The translations under genes were made by a program, and so were the position numbers. A stretch of 64,000 nucleotides of DNA from Burkholderiales bacterium. Lineage in GTDB: Bacteria; Pseudomonadota; Gammaproteobacteria; Burkholderiales; JABEVD01. Below are positions 46,406 to 54,248 of this stretch, piece after piece. Under the pieces are notes generated by a model. It was given only the letters and a program-made list of their open reading frames with translations, was not told where the DNA came from and searched no databases. The stretch covers positions 8,773 through 72,772 of the forward strand of contig JAIELG010000020.1 in assembly GCA_019753155.1 (NCBI GenBank). The letters are read 5' to 3'. Position 1 is the first letter of the stretch. Each line of letters opens with the position of its first letter.

Positions 46406-46624
46406 ATGTGTCTTGCGATACCCGTCCAGGTCGTGGCGCTTTTGCCGAACGACAATGCATTGATCGAGGTCGGCGGCATGCGCAAGCAGATTTCCCTCGT
46501 TCTCGTGGAGGACATCAAGGTGGGTGACTACGTGATCGTGCATGTGGGGTATGCGCTTTCCAGGTTGGATCCTTTTGAAGCCGAAAGAACGCTGAAGCTG
46601 TTTTCTGAAATGGACCCCGAATGA
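46406..46624 (+). CDS. hypC: Hydrogenase assembly chaperone HypC
   Basis: 72 aa starting MCLAIP. Confidence 0.93.
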   Translation: MCLAIPVQVVALLPNDNALIEVGGMRKQISLVLVEDIKVGDYVIVHVGYALSRLDPFEAERTLKLFSEMDPE

Positions 46625-47703
46625 AATATATCGACGAGTTTCGCGATCCGCACCTTGCCGGGGAGATCGCGAAACAAATAGAGCGGGAAGCGCTGGGGAG
46701 CTACCATCTGATGGAATTCTGCGGCGGTCATACCCACGCCGTCTCCCGTCATGGCATCAAGTCGCTGCTTCCGCACAACGTCAGCATGATACATGGGCCG
46801 GGATGCCCGGTCTGCGTGCTTCCTGTGGGCAGGATCGACAATGCGATCGGGATCGCGGAAAAAGCCATCCTCTGCACTTATGCGGACATGATGCGCGTCC
46901 CGGCTTCGGGAGGGGGCAGCCTCATGCAGGCGAGAGCCTCCGGAGCGGATATCCGCATGGTCTATTCCAGCCAGGATGCCGTCAGGATAGCAAGGGCGCA
47001 TCCGGAGAGGGAAGTCGTTTTTTTCGCGATTGGCTTCGAAACCACCGCGCCGTCGACTGCGGCGGCCATAATCGAGGCGCAGGATCTGGATAACTTCAGC
47101 GTGTTCTGCAATCACGTGCTCACGCCTCCTGCCATGCAGAGCATACTCGATACGCCGGATTTGAGGCTGAACGGCATTCTTGGCCCGTCCCATGTCAGCA
47201 CCGTCATCGGCACGAAGGCCTACGAAGGCATCGTGTCCGCATATAAAGTCCCCATGGTGATCGCAGGGTTCGAGCCGCTGGATGTCATGCAGTCCATACT
47301 GATGCTGGTGAGGCAATTGAACGAGGGAAGGGCGGAGGTGGAGAACGAATACACCAGGGCCGTCAGCCATGATGGGAACCTGAAGGCGCAGCGCCTGATG
47401 GAGCAGGTCTTCGTCGTGCGCCCTTCGTTCGAATGGCGCGGGCTTGGCGAGGTGCCTTCGAGCGCCCTGTCGATAGCGGAAAGTTACAGCAGCTTCGATG
47501 CCGAATCGCGCTTTTGCATCGCCTACACGCCTGTTCCGGATGCGAAGGCATGCGAATGCGGGGAAGTGCTGCGCGGGTTGAAGCAGCCGCAGGATTGCCG
47601 GGTTTTTGGTACGGCCTGCACCCCGTCCAATCCCATAGGCGCGTGCATGGTGTCTTCGGAAGGGGCCTGCGCCGCGCATTATGCTTATGGGCGAACGGCA
47701 TGA
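46621..47703 (+). CDS. hypD: Hydrogenase maturation factor HypD
   Basis: 360 aa. MKYIDEFRD, CGGHTH, GPGCPVCV, FETTAP. Confidence 0.95.
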   Translation: MKYIDEFRDPHLAGEIAKQIEREALGSYHLMEFCGGHTHAVSRHGIKSLLPHNVSMIHGPGCPVCVLPVGRIDNAIGIAEKAILCTYADMMRVPASGGGSLMQARASGADIRMVYSSQDAVRIARAHPEREVVFFAIGFETTAPSTAAAIIEAQDLDNFSVFCNHVLTPPAMQSILDTPDLRLNGILGPSHVSTVIGTKAYEGIVSAYKVPMVIAGFEPLDVMQSILMLVRQLNEGRAEVENEYTRAVSHDGNLKAQRLMEQVFVVRPSFEWRGLGEVPSSALSIAESYSSFDAESRFCIAYTPVPDAKACECGEVLRGLKQPQDCRVFGTACTPSNPIGACMVSSEGACAAHYAYGRTA

Positions 47704-48707
47704 AAGGGCGCGTCGACCTGTCGCACGGAGGTGGGGGGCGGGCCATGCAACGCCTGATCGACGAGGTGTTCAGGCGCGCGCTCGGCAATCCTGCCCTCGA
47801 TGAGGGCAACGACTTCGCGAGTCTCGGCGCTGTGCAGGGCCGTCTCGTGATGGCGACAGACAGCCATGTCGTGTCCCCGCTTTTTTTTCCGGGAGGCGAT
47901 ATCGGCTGCCTTGCCGTGCATGGCACCATCAACGATATCGCGATGTCGGGCGCAAGCCCGCTTTATCTCTGCGCGAGCTTCATCCTGGAAGAAGGATTCC
48001 CCCTCTCCGAACTGGAACGCATTGCGCAATCCATGGGGAAAGCGAGCAGGGATGCAGGGGTTCCCATCGTGGCCGGGGACACGAAAGTGGTCGAGAAGGG
48101 CAAGGGGGACGGCGTTTTCATCAGTACCGCCGGGATCGGGGTGGTTCCGGAAGGCGTGAACACTTCTGGAAGCATGGCTCGCGCGGGGGATGCGATTCTC
48201 CTGAGCGGCACGATAGGAGAGCATGGCGTTGCAGTCATGTCCAGCCGGGAAAATCTGAGCTTCGGCACGCCCATCGTTTCGGATACCGCGCCGCTGCATC
48301 GCCTGGTTGCCGCCATGGTGAGCGCAGTGCCCCAGATTCGCGCCATGCGCGATCCCACGCGGGGCGGGCTGGGGGCTGTACTCAACGAAATCGCCATGCA
48401 GTCAGGCGTCGGCATGAATATCACGGAGAACAGGATCCCCATGCGCGAGGAAGTCGCTTCCGCCTGCGAATTCCTCGGCCTGGACCCCCTTTATGCCGCC
48501 AACGAGGGCAAGCTTGTCGCCGTCTGTCCGCCGGAAAAAGCGGAATTTCTTCTGGAGACGATGCGCGTCCATCCCCAGGGAAGGGATGCGCAAATCATAG
48601 GGGAGGTGGTCGAAGACAAGCGCCACTTCGTCCAGATGGAAACCGTATTGGGCGGGAAGCGCATCGTGGACTGGCTGTCCGGGGAGCAGCTGCCGAGGAT
48701 ATGCTGA
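47700..48707 (+). CDS. hypE: Hydrogenase maturation carbamoyl dehydratase HypE
   Basis: ATGA overlap with hypD. 335 aa ending in PRIC (the conserved C-terminal Cys). Confidence 0.95.
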   Translation: MKGRVDLSHGGGGRAMQRLIDEVFRRALGNPALDEGNDFASLGAVQGRLVMATDSHVVSPLFFPGGDIGCLAVHGTINDIAMSGASPLYLCASFILEEGFPLSELERIAQSMGKASRDAGVPIVAGDTKVVEKGKGDGVFISTAGIGVVPEGVNTSGSMARAGDAILLSGTIGEHGVAVMSSRENLSFGTPIVSDTAPLHRLVAAMVSAVPQIRAMRDPTRGGLGAVLNEIAMQSGVGMNITENRIPMREEVASACEFLGLDPLYAANEGKLVAVCPPEKAEFLLETMRVHPQGRDAQIIGEVVEDKRHFVQMETVLGGKRIVDWLSGEQLPRIC

Positions 48708-49456
48708 GACCTGCGGCGGCGGAACAGTCTGAACGCGGCCACGCCGATCATCAGGAGCGGCAGCGTTCCGGGTTCCGGGACGCGCCTGTAGTAGCAGGGC
48801 TGCGAGTTCCCGGTTTGCGTTCCGAAGCCGATTGAGACATCGGATATCTTGACGTTGTCGCCGAGCACGCCGGGCGGGAACTTGACGGTGAATTTCGCCT
48901 CGTTCTGGACGAAGGGATTGTGGGGCGCGTTGTCGTAAATGGAACGGTTCACGGTCGAATAGTCGTTGTTCGAACCCGAAGGTCCGATCACCGTCTGGTC
49001 CGGGCTGCCTCCGCCGGAAAGGTCATTCATGTACGACTGCCCTGCGGAATCCGTCCCCATCTGCCAATGGTCCAGTGAAGCATTGACCTGGGTCGAGGTG
49101 ACGGCCCCTCCGCTGCCTACGGTCACTTCGGTTCCGGAACTGCTGCTCAGATCCTGCGGCGAAAGGCTGAGGATGGAGCCGCAATTGTTGACGGTGAAAA
49201 AGACGGAACTGATGTTCTGGCCCACACTCGTAATGCCGGTCTGTTCGTTCACCAGGGTTACCACCATGGAGCTTGCGGAAACGTCGAAAGTCGCCTGCGC
49301 TTTGACAGCTTCGCCCGACGCATCGGTTGCATTGTATGAGGTCGAGTAACTGTAAACGTAGTCGTTCGATCCCCCGCCGGAAAAGGAGGCATGCGCGATA
49401 TTGGGCAGAACGAGTCCGAATCCTGCGCTGAGAAGTATCTGGTAATACCTGTTCAT
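48491..49456 (-). CDS. PEP-CTERM domain protein of unknown function. The ORF runs 71 codons past the sorting signal into hypE antisense.
   Basis: Signal peptide, Ser/Thr/Gly/Asn-rich body, then VPEPGTLPLLMIGVAAFRLFRRRRS. No stop occurs until 48491. Confidence 0.75.
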   Translation of the reverse strand: MNRYYQILLSAGFGLVLPNIAHASFSGGGSNDYVYSYSTSYNATDASGEAVKAQATFDVSASSMVVTLVNEQTGITSVGQNISSVFFTVNNCGSILSLSPQDLSSSSGTEVTVGSGGAVTSTQVNASLDHWQMGTDSAGQSYMNDLSGGGSPDQTVIGPSGSNNDYSTVNRSIYDNAPHNPFVQNEAKFTVKFPPGVLGDNVKISDVSIGFGTQTGNSQPCYYRRVPEPGTLPLLMIGVAAFRLFRRRRSQHILGSCSPDSQSTMRFPPNTVSIWTKWRLSSTTSPMICASLPWGWTRIVSRRNSAFSGGQTATSLPSLAA

Positions 49457-49638
49457 GATGCATTTCCTCGAAAGATATTGTTGTTCTTATCGATAGAAGC
49501 AATACCCCCTCCCCACTTCCGGGGCTGCCGGTTCATGCTGTAGTCGCAATTGTTTTGAACAGGCATATCATTATTGCATGATATTCCATGAAAATCAAGA
49601 GATTCCATGAATTGTTCGATTCGTTCTCAGTTGTGTGG

Positions 49639-49668
49639 TTGGACAGAGGGGCTTCCCGCCCCTACAAT
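49639..49668 (+). promoter_or_regulatory. sigma70-type promoter candidate (TTGGAC-18 nt-TACAAT) for the S1 protease gene
   Basis: Read directly from the sequence. It lies inside the longer ATG-49635 ORF, which favours the GTG 49695 start. Confidence 0.4.
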
Positions 49669-49694
49669 CGTGGGTAATTTGTGGAGGGATTCGG

Positions 49695-50447
49695 GTGCGA
49701 AGTTTGCTCATTCTGCTGTTGTTTTCTGCAGGCGCGAGTGCGGCGACCCTGTCCGATACCGTCGCTATGCTCAAACGTTCCATCGTCGCTGTAGGCACGC
49801 TTCAGGCGAATCGAGCCCCTCCCGTGAATTTTCTTGGAACGGGCTTTGCCGTTTCGGACGGCACTTACGTGGTCACTAACGCGCATGTCATCCCGCCGCT
49901 TTTCAACAGCGCGGAAAACGAAAAACTCGTCGTTTTTTCAGGCAGGGGGAATGAATCCGAAGCGTTCGACGCGAAAAAAATCCTGGTCGATCCCGCTCAT
50001 GATCTGGCTTTGCTGAAAATAGAGGGGGGCACCATTCCGGCGCTGCATTTCGGCGATTCGTCCGCCATGCGGGAGGGCGATTCGCTTGCGTTCACCGGCT
50101 TTCCGATTGGCGTGGTGCTGGGCTATTATCCCGTGACGCACAGGGCGACCTTGTCGGCCATCACGCCCATAGTGATCCCGGCGCTCAACGCAAGCCGGTT
50201 GGATGCGAAGTCGATCAAACAGTTGCGCACCCCGTTCACGATATTCCAGCTCGATGCGACGGCCTATCCGGGAAACAGCGGAAGTCCGCTTTTCGAGTCC
50301 GAATCCGGAAAAGTGGTCGGCATCGTCAATATGGTGTTCGTCAAGAGCACCAAGGAGCACATGCTGTCGGATCCCTCCGGAATCGCTTACGCGATTCCGG
50401 GGGAGTATATCGTGCAGCTTGTCAGGGACGCAGGACTCGTGCCATAG
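49695..50447 (+). CDS. Secreted trypsin-like (S1) serine protease without a PDZ domain
   Basis: GGAGGG precedes GTG 49695. Signal peptide LLILLLFSAGASAA. Catalytic triad contexts TNAHV, HDLALLKI and GNSGSPLF. Confidence 0.85.
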   Translation: MRSLLILLLFSAGASAATLSDTVAMLKRSIVAVGTLQANRAPPVNFLGTGFAVSDGTYVVTNAHVIPPLFNSAENEKLVVFSGRGNESEAFDAKKILVDPAHDLALLKIEGGTIPALHFGDSSAMREGDSLAFTGFPIGVVLGYYPVTHRATLSAITPIVIPALNASRLDAKSIKQLRTPFTIFQLDATAYPGNSGSPLFESESGKVVGIVNMVFVKSTKEHMLSDPSGIAYAIPGEYIVQLVRDAGLVP

Positions 50448-51402
50448 CTTTCCTGCGGCGCGCGAACACCATCGCGCCAAGCGCCGGCGCGATGAGGAAA
50501 ATCGTGCCGGGTTCAGGCACGCTCCAGCCGAGCGCCTGCATGACCTGAAAATTGACGGCGCTCATGGAGGTTGTGATTCCTGGGGCGAGATAGGCGCCGA
50601 AGGGGTCGCCGCTTGTCCCGGAAGTGCCGGCCCAGTCTGCGCTGTCGGATGTGGGGGAGAATGTCGCAAGATCGGTTACGCCGCCGTTGATGGAAAAACA
50701 GGCCGTGCTTCCCGAGGTGCTGTTGAGCGTGGTGGTCCCGCAGGTGTAACGAGTCAAATCCAGGGGAGTGAGATAAGGCGTGCTGGGCGTGACGAACTCG
50801 TAACTGACGCGACCGAGGGCGTGGGAGACTTCATGCAGGGCGGTTCCGAAGAAGTCGTATGCGCCTGCAGCGATGCCCCCGGCCTGCGAATATTGCCAGT
50901 TGACGGCATTTCCGAATCCGACATAGGCGGAAGGGCCGGCATAGTTCGTGCCGGTCAAGGCCGTCATTTCGGCCTGCGACACGCCAAACAGCGTGGAGCC
51001 GCCGGGATTGCTGACCGATGCGGGTAAATGGCTGACCACGCTGGCAAGCACGGCGTTCTGCGGATGGGACGCGGAATAGGCGCTCAGGAGCGAAGAAACC
51101 TGGCTCAACGTGCCGTACTGAAGCACGTTGGATGTTGCCCCGAGCGCCCCGGCAGGCAGTACGCTGCCGTTGACATTATTCCAGCCGAAGCTGATGTTCA
51201 CCGTTCCGGGATTCGAGAAATAGGATCCGAAGAGGGCGTCGACTGCATTGATCGCCGCAGTTGCGGCCGGAGGCGCGCTGGCAAGCCAGTTGCTGTCGAA
51301 CGTGGCGTTGATCACCAGCGCATTGGCCGGAGTTGCAATGTTAAACAGCGCCGAGGCGAGGCAGAAAGCCTGAATGTTCTTTTGAATGATTTTCATCGTC
51401 AT
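50422..51402 (-). CDS. PEP-CTERM-anchored putative zinc metalloprotease (HExxH)
   Basis: Signal peptide, HEVSHALG motif, C-terminal VPEPGTIFLIAPALGAMVFARRRK sorting signal. Confidence 0.8.
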   Translation of the reverse strand: MTMKIIQKNIQAFCLASALFNIATPANALVINATFDSNWLASAPPAATAAINAVDALFGSYFSNPGTVNISFGWNNVNGSVLPAGALGATSNVLQYGTLSQVSSLLSAYSASHPQNAVLASVVSHLPASVSNPGGSTLFGVSQAEMTALTGTNYAGPSAYVGFGNAVNWQYSQAGGIAAGAYDFFGTALHEVSHALGRVSYEFVTPSTPYLTPLDLTRYTCGTTTLNSTSGSTACFSINGGVTDLATFSPTSDSADWAGTSGTSGDPFGAYLAPGITTSMSAVNFQVMQALGWSVPEPGTIFLIAPALGAMVFARRRKAMARVLRP

Positions 51403-51434
51403 GACCGCACATGTTGTTTGCTCGACCGGGTTTA

Positions 51435-51450
51435 AGCAATTTCTGTGCCA
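51435..51450 (-). promoter_or_regulatory. sigma54 (-24/-12) promoter TGGCAC-N5-TTGCT
   Basis: The minus strand reads TTGGCACAGAAATTGCTT with exact GG/GC spacing, about 35 nt upstream of the metalloprotease ATG. Confidence 0.75.
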
Positions 51451-51599
51451 AATTATCCGGGCTGCGAGGAATCAATGGGATGTCGTTTCACGCAGCGTCA
51501 GGGCGTAACCGAGTGTAAAAAAAACTGACAGTGGACGGGCCTTGATTTTTGCTCAAACCGAGCCAGAATGTATGCATCATTTCGGATAAGGACGGCATC

Positions 51600-52088
51600 A
51601 TGATCAGGAACCCAATCGATATTACGGTCAGCCCCGAATTGGCGAAACTCATCGGCAGCCGCGCCGGCGATCCCGGGATGGATGAACCCGTCACTCTGGG
51701 TTCGCTCCGCAATTTCGTCGCAGCATTGCTTCCCGCTGAAATCGGCGAAGCGGAGAGTCTGCATCATTTCGACGATGGAGACTCCCTGATGGACGAACTG
51801 GATGCGCTGATCGAGGAATACGGCGACGAAGCCTCCGCAGTCGATTTCCTGGGGGGGCAGGCGAGCGAAGCGCTTTCCAGGGTCATCGAGGCCGCCATGG
51901 ACGAAGCGGAGAATCCGCCCACTCTCCAGGATGTGAGGGATGCGGTGTCGTCCGGACTCGTCGCGAGGCTTGTTGCCCAGGGGGCGATAGAGGAGGACGA
52001 GGACGAAACGGTGGCGCAGGAAATCGACGATCTGATCGACCGTTTCGGGACCGATGCTCCTGCGGAAGATTTTTTGCGCTACGAATGA
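51600..52088 (+). CDS. Highly acidic hypothetical protein with an internal repeat
   Basis: 162 aa from ATG 51600 (ORF 51549..52088). Two copies of an xE(L/I)DxLIxx(Y/F)GxxAxAxDFL motif. My hand count gives about 40 Asp+Glu. Confidence 0.6.
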   Translation: MIRNPIDITVSPELAKLIGSRAGDPGMDEPVTLGSLRNFVAALLPAEIGEAESLHHFDDGDSLMDELDALIEEYGDEASAVDFLGGQASEALSRVIEAAMDEAENPPTLQDVRDAVSSGLVARLVAQGAIEEDEDETVAQEIDDLIDRFGTDAPAEDFLRYE

Positions 52089-52124
52089 CGATTCCGAACA
52101 GTGTCGGAATCGGGGATCGATCCC
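52089..52124. terminator. Tandem hairpins between two convergent genes
   Basis: CGATTCCGA-acagtg-TCGGAATCG (52089-52112), then the 12-nt palindrome GGGATCGATCCC (52113-52124). No U-run follows. Confidence 0.4.
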
Positions 52125-52141
52125 TTCCGCATTGTCGTAAT

Positions 52142-52498
52142 TTACGCCACTTTTTGCTGCTTTTTGTGTGATGTTTGTTCAGGCGGCTGTTTTTTTTGCG
52201 ACTCTACCAAGCCGGAAACAATAGCCTTCATTTCAGATTCCGCAAATCGCTTAAGCGCATCTCGCATTAGAGGCTGATAACCAACCCCATGGAATGAACC
52301 CAATATCTTGAACGATTCGATCAGGCTTTTATCAAGCCTGATCGAAATCATTTGCAGCCCAAGCGCGTCGTCGACTTGCGGGGATATTTCCGGTGCGGCT
52401 AAACTGGCATACTGCCCGTCGCTTCCAAGTTGCCCTGATTCCCAAGCCTCATCTGTACCGAGAACCTTCTCCTTATTGCTCATTTTTGCCTCCGACAT
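52142..52498 (-). CDS. BrnA-like (ribbon-helix-helix) antitoxin
   Basis: 118 aa. C-terminal ISIRLDKSLIESFKILGSFHGVGYQPLMRDALKRF matches the BrnA/CopG-type antitoxin pattern. Confidence 0.7.
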   Translation of the reverse strand: MSEAKMSNKEKVLGTDEAWESGQLGSDGQYASLAAPEISPQVDDALGLQMISIRLDKSLIESFKILGSFHGVGYQPLMRDALKRFAESEMKAIVSGLVESQKKQPPEQTSHKKQQKVA

Positions 52499-52506
52499 GA
52501 TACATT

Positions 52507-52794
52507 CTACCTGCCTAAATATTCATATAATTCAATTGATTTATCATTGGCTTCAAATGCGGATTTGATATGTATATTGCCATCAATAAATATAAAAACG
52601 ATTTTTAAAATCCTATTGCAGTTTGTAGGGGCAACAAACCACAAAGTGGGGGGATTGGTTTTGTGCTCTTCCCGCAGATCTTCAACAAAGTTACCAACCC
52701 TGTTTTCAAAACATTGTTCAATTTCGCGTTTGGTCACGCTATGTTTATCTCGAAGCTTATCAAGCGTGGCAGTTGAAATTACAAGTGATAACAT
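52507..52794 (-). CDS. BrnT-like toxin (putative)
   Basis: 95 aa. Sits 8 nt upstream of the antitoxin gene (toxin-first order as in brnTA). KHSVTKREIEQCFEN ... ILKIVFIFIDGNIHIKSAFEA pattern. AT-rich. Confidence 0.55.
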   Translation of the reverse strand: MLSLVISTATLDKLRDKHSVTKREIEQCFENRVGNFVEDLREEHKTNPPTLWFVAPTNCNRILKIVFIFIDGNIHIKSAFEANDKSIELYEYLGR

Positions 52795-53048
52795 AATTAT
52801 AGTGTATATACATGTTAATTTATTTTTATGTAACTTATTATTTTAAATAAAATCGAGTTGGCGAAACAATGTATATATTAACGACGCGATGAATTATAAC
52901 TTCATTTTTCGATGAAATTTGCAAAGCGCTAAAAATTTTTTTAAAGATTGGCAATTTCAATTTTTGCACAGCATTTTTAGCGTCAGGAAACCGAGTGCGG
53001 GAGGATTCATATTGACGGGCGTTGTCGTCGATTTGTCCGGAACCGGAA

Positions 53049-54248
53049 TTATTCCGCGCGCAGGGCTTCCACCGGATCGAGGCGGGCGGCGCGGCGGGCG
53101 GGCATCACCCCGGCGATGAGGCCGATCGAGACGGCAATGATTTCGGCGAAAACCGCATAGGGCCAGGGGGTGTGGACGGGCAGCGCGGGGAATGCGGCAT
53201 GCAGCCCCTGGAGCATGGAAAAGCCGAAGACCAGTCCCGCCATGCCGCCGAGGCCCGAAAGCAGGGTGGCCTCGGCAAGGAACAGGGACAGGATCTGCGA
53301 TTGCTTCGCGCCCACCGCGCGCAGGAGTCCGATCTCTCCGGTGCGCTCCGCCACGGAGATCGTCATGATGGTGAGGATGCCGACTCCGCCGACCACGAGC
53401 GATATGCCTCCGATTGCGGCGACTGCGAAGGTCAGCACGTCGAGGACGGAACCCAGCACGTCGAGCATTTTTTCCTGAGGGGTGATGGTGAAGTCGTCGC
53501 GGCCGTGGCGCGCGGCGAGCATCCTCGATATTTCTTCGACCACTTTTCCGGATGGAACGTCCGGATCGTAGATCACGTCGATTTCCATCAGCGAGTCGCG
53601 GTTGAAGAGTTCGAGTGCGCGCGCGGCAGGAATGAAAACCGTGTCGTCCAGGTCGAATCCCAGAACCTGCCCCTTGGACGCCATCACGCCGACTACCGTG
53701 TAGCGGTTTCCCCCGACCCTGATCCGGGTGCCGAGCGGGTTGGTTTTGCCGTAAAGCTCCTCCCAGGCTTTATATCCGAGCACCGCGAATGCGCGTGCGT
53801 TCTGGTATTCGTCGGGCGGCAAAAAGCGTCCCGTTGCCACGTTCATGTGGAAGGCTTGCGGAAATTCGGGGCCGGCCCCATTGACCATGACCCTGCGGCT
53901 TTTTCCGTTCGCCTTGATTTGCGCGTTTCCGGAAAAACTGGGATTGATCGATTCGACATAGGGAATGCGCTTCAATGCCGTCGCATCCTCCAGGGTCAGC
54001 GGGCGCACGCTCCCGAATATGCCTACGGGCGGGCCGCCTCTCGTCTGCGCTTTCCCTGGATTGATCCCGATGATGTTGGTGCCGAACTGCGTGAATTCGG
54101 AAATGACAAAGCGGTGGAGTCCCTCGCCGATCGAAGTGAGCATGATGACTGCGGCTATTCCCACTGCGATGCCCGTTACGGTGAGGAGTGTCCTCAGCCT
54201 GTGTGCCCTGAGCGATTTGAGCGGGAACAGGATGAAGTCGGTCATCAT
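53049..54248 (-). CDS. ABC transporter permease (FtsX/MacB-type), second copy
   Basis: 399 aa. N-terminal TM, large periplasmic loop and three C-terminal TMs. ATGA overlap with the upstream permease. Confidence 0.88.
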   Translation of the reverse strand: MMTDFILFPLKSLRAHRLRTLLTVTGIAVGIAAVIMLTSIGEGLHRFVISEFTQFGTNIIGINPGKAQTRGGPPVGIFGSVRPLTLEDATALKRIPYVESINPSFSGNAQIKANGKSRRVMVNGAGPEFPQAFHMNVATGRFLPPDEYQNARAFAVLGYKAWEELYGKTNPLGTRIRVGGNRYTVVGVMASKGQVLGFDLDDTVFIPAARALELFNRDSLMEIDVIYDPDVPSGKVVEEISRMLAARHGRDDFTITPQEKMLDVLGSVLDVLTFAVAAIGGISLVVGGVGILTIMTISVAERTGEIGLLRAVGAKQSQILSLFLAEATLLSGLGGMAGLVFGFSMLQGLHAAFPALPVHTPWPYAVFAEIIAVSIGLIAGVMPARRAARLDPVEALRAE

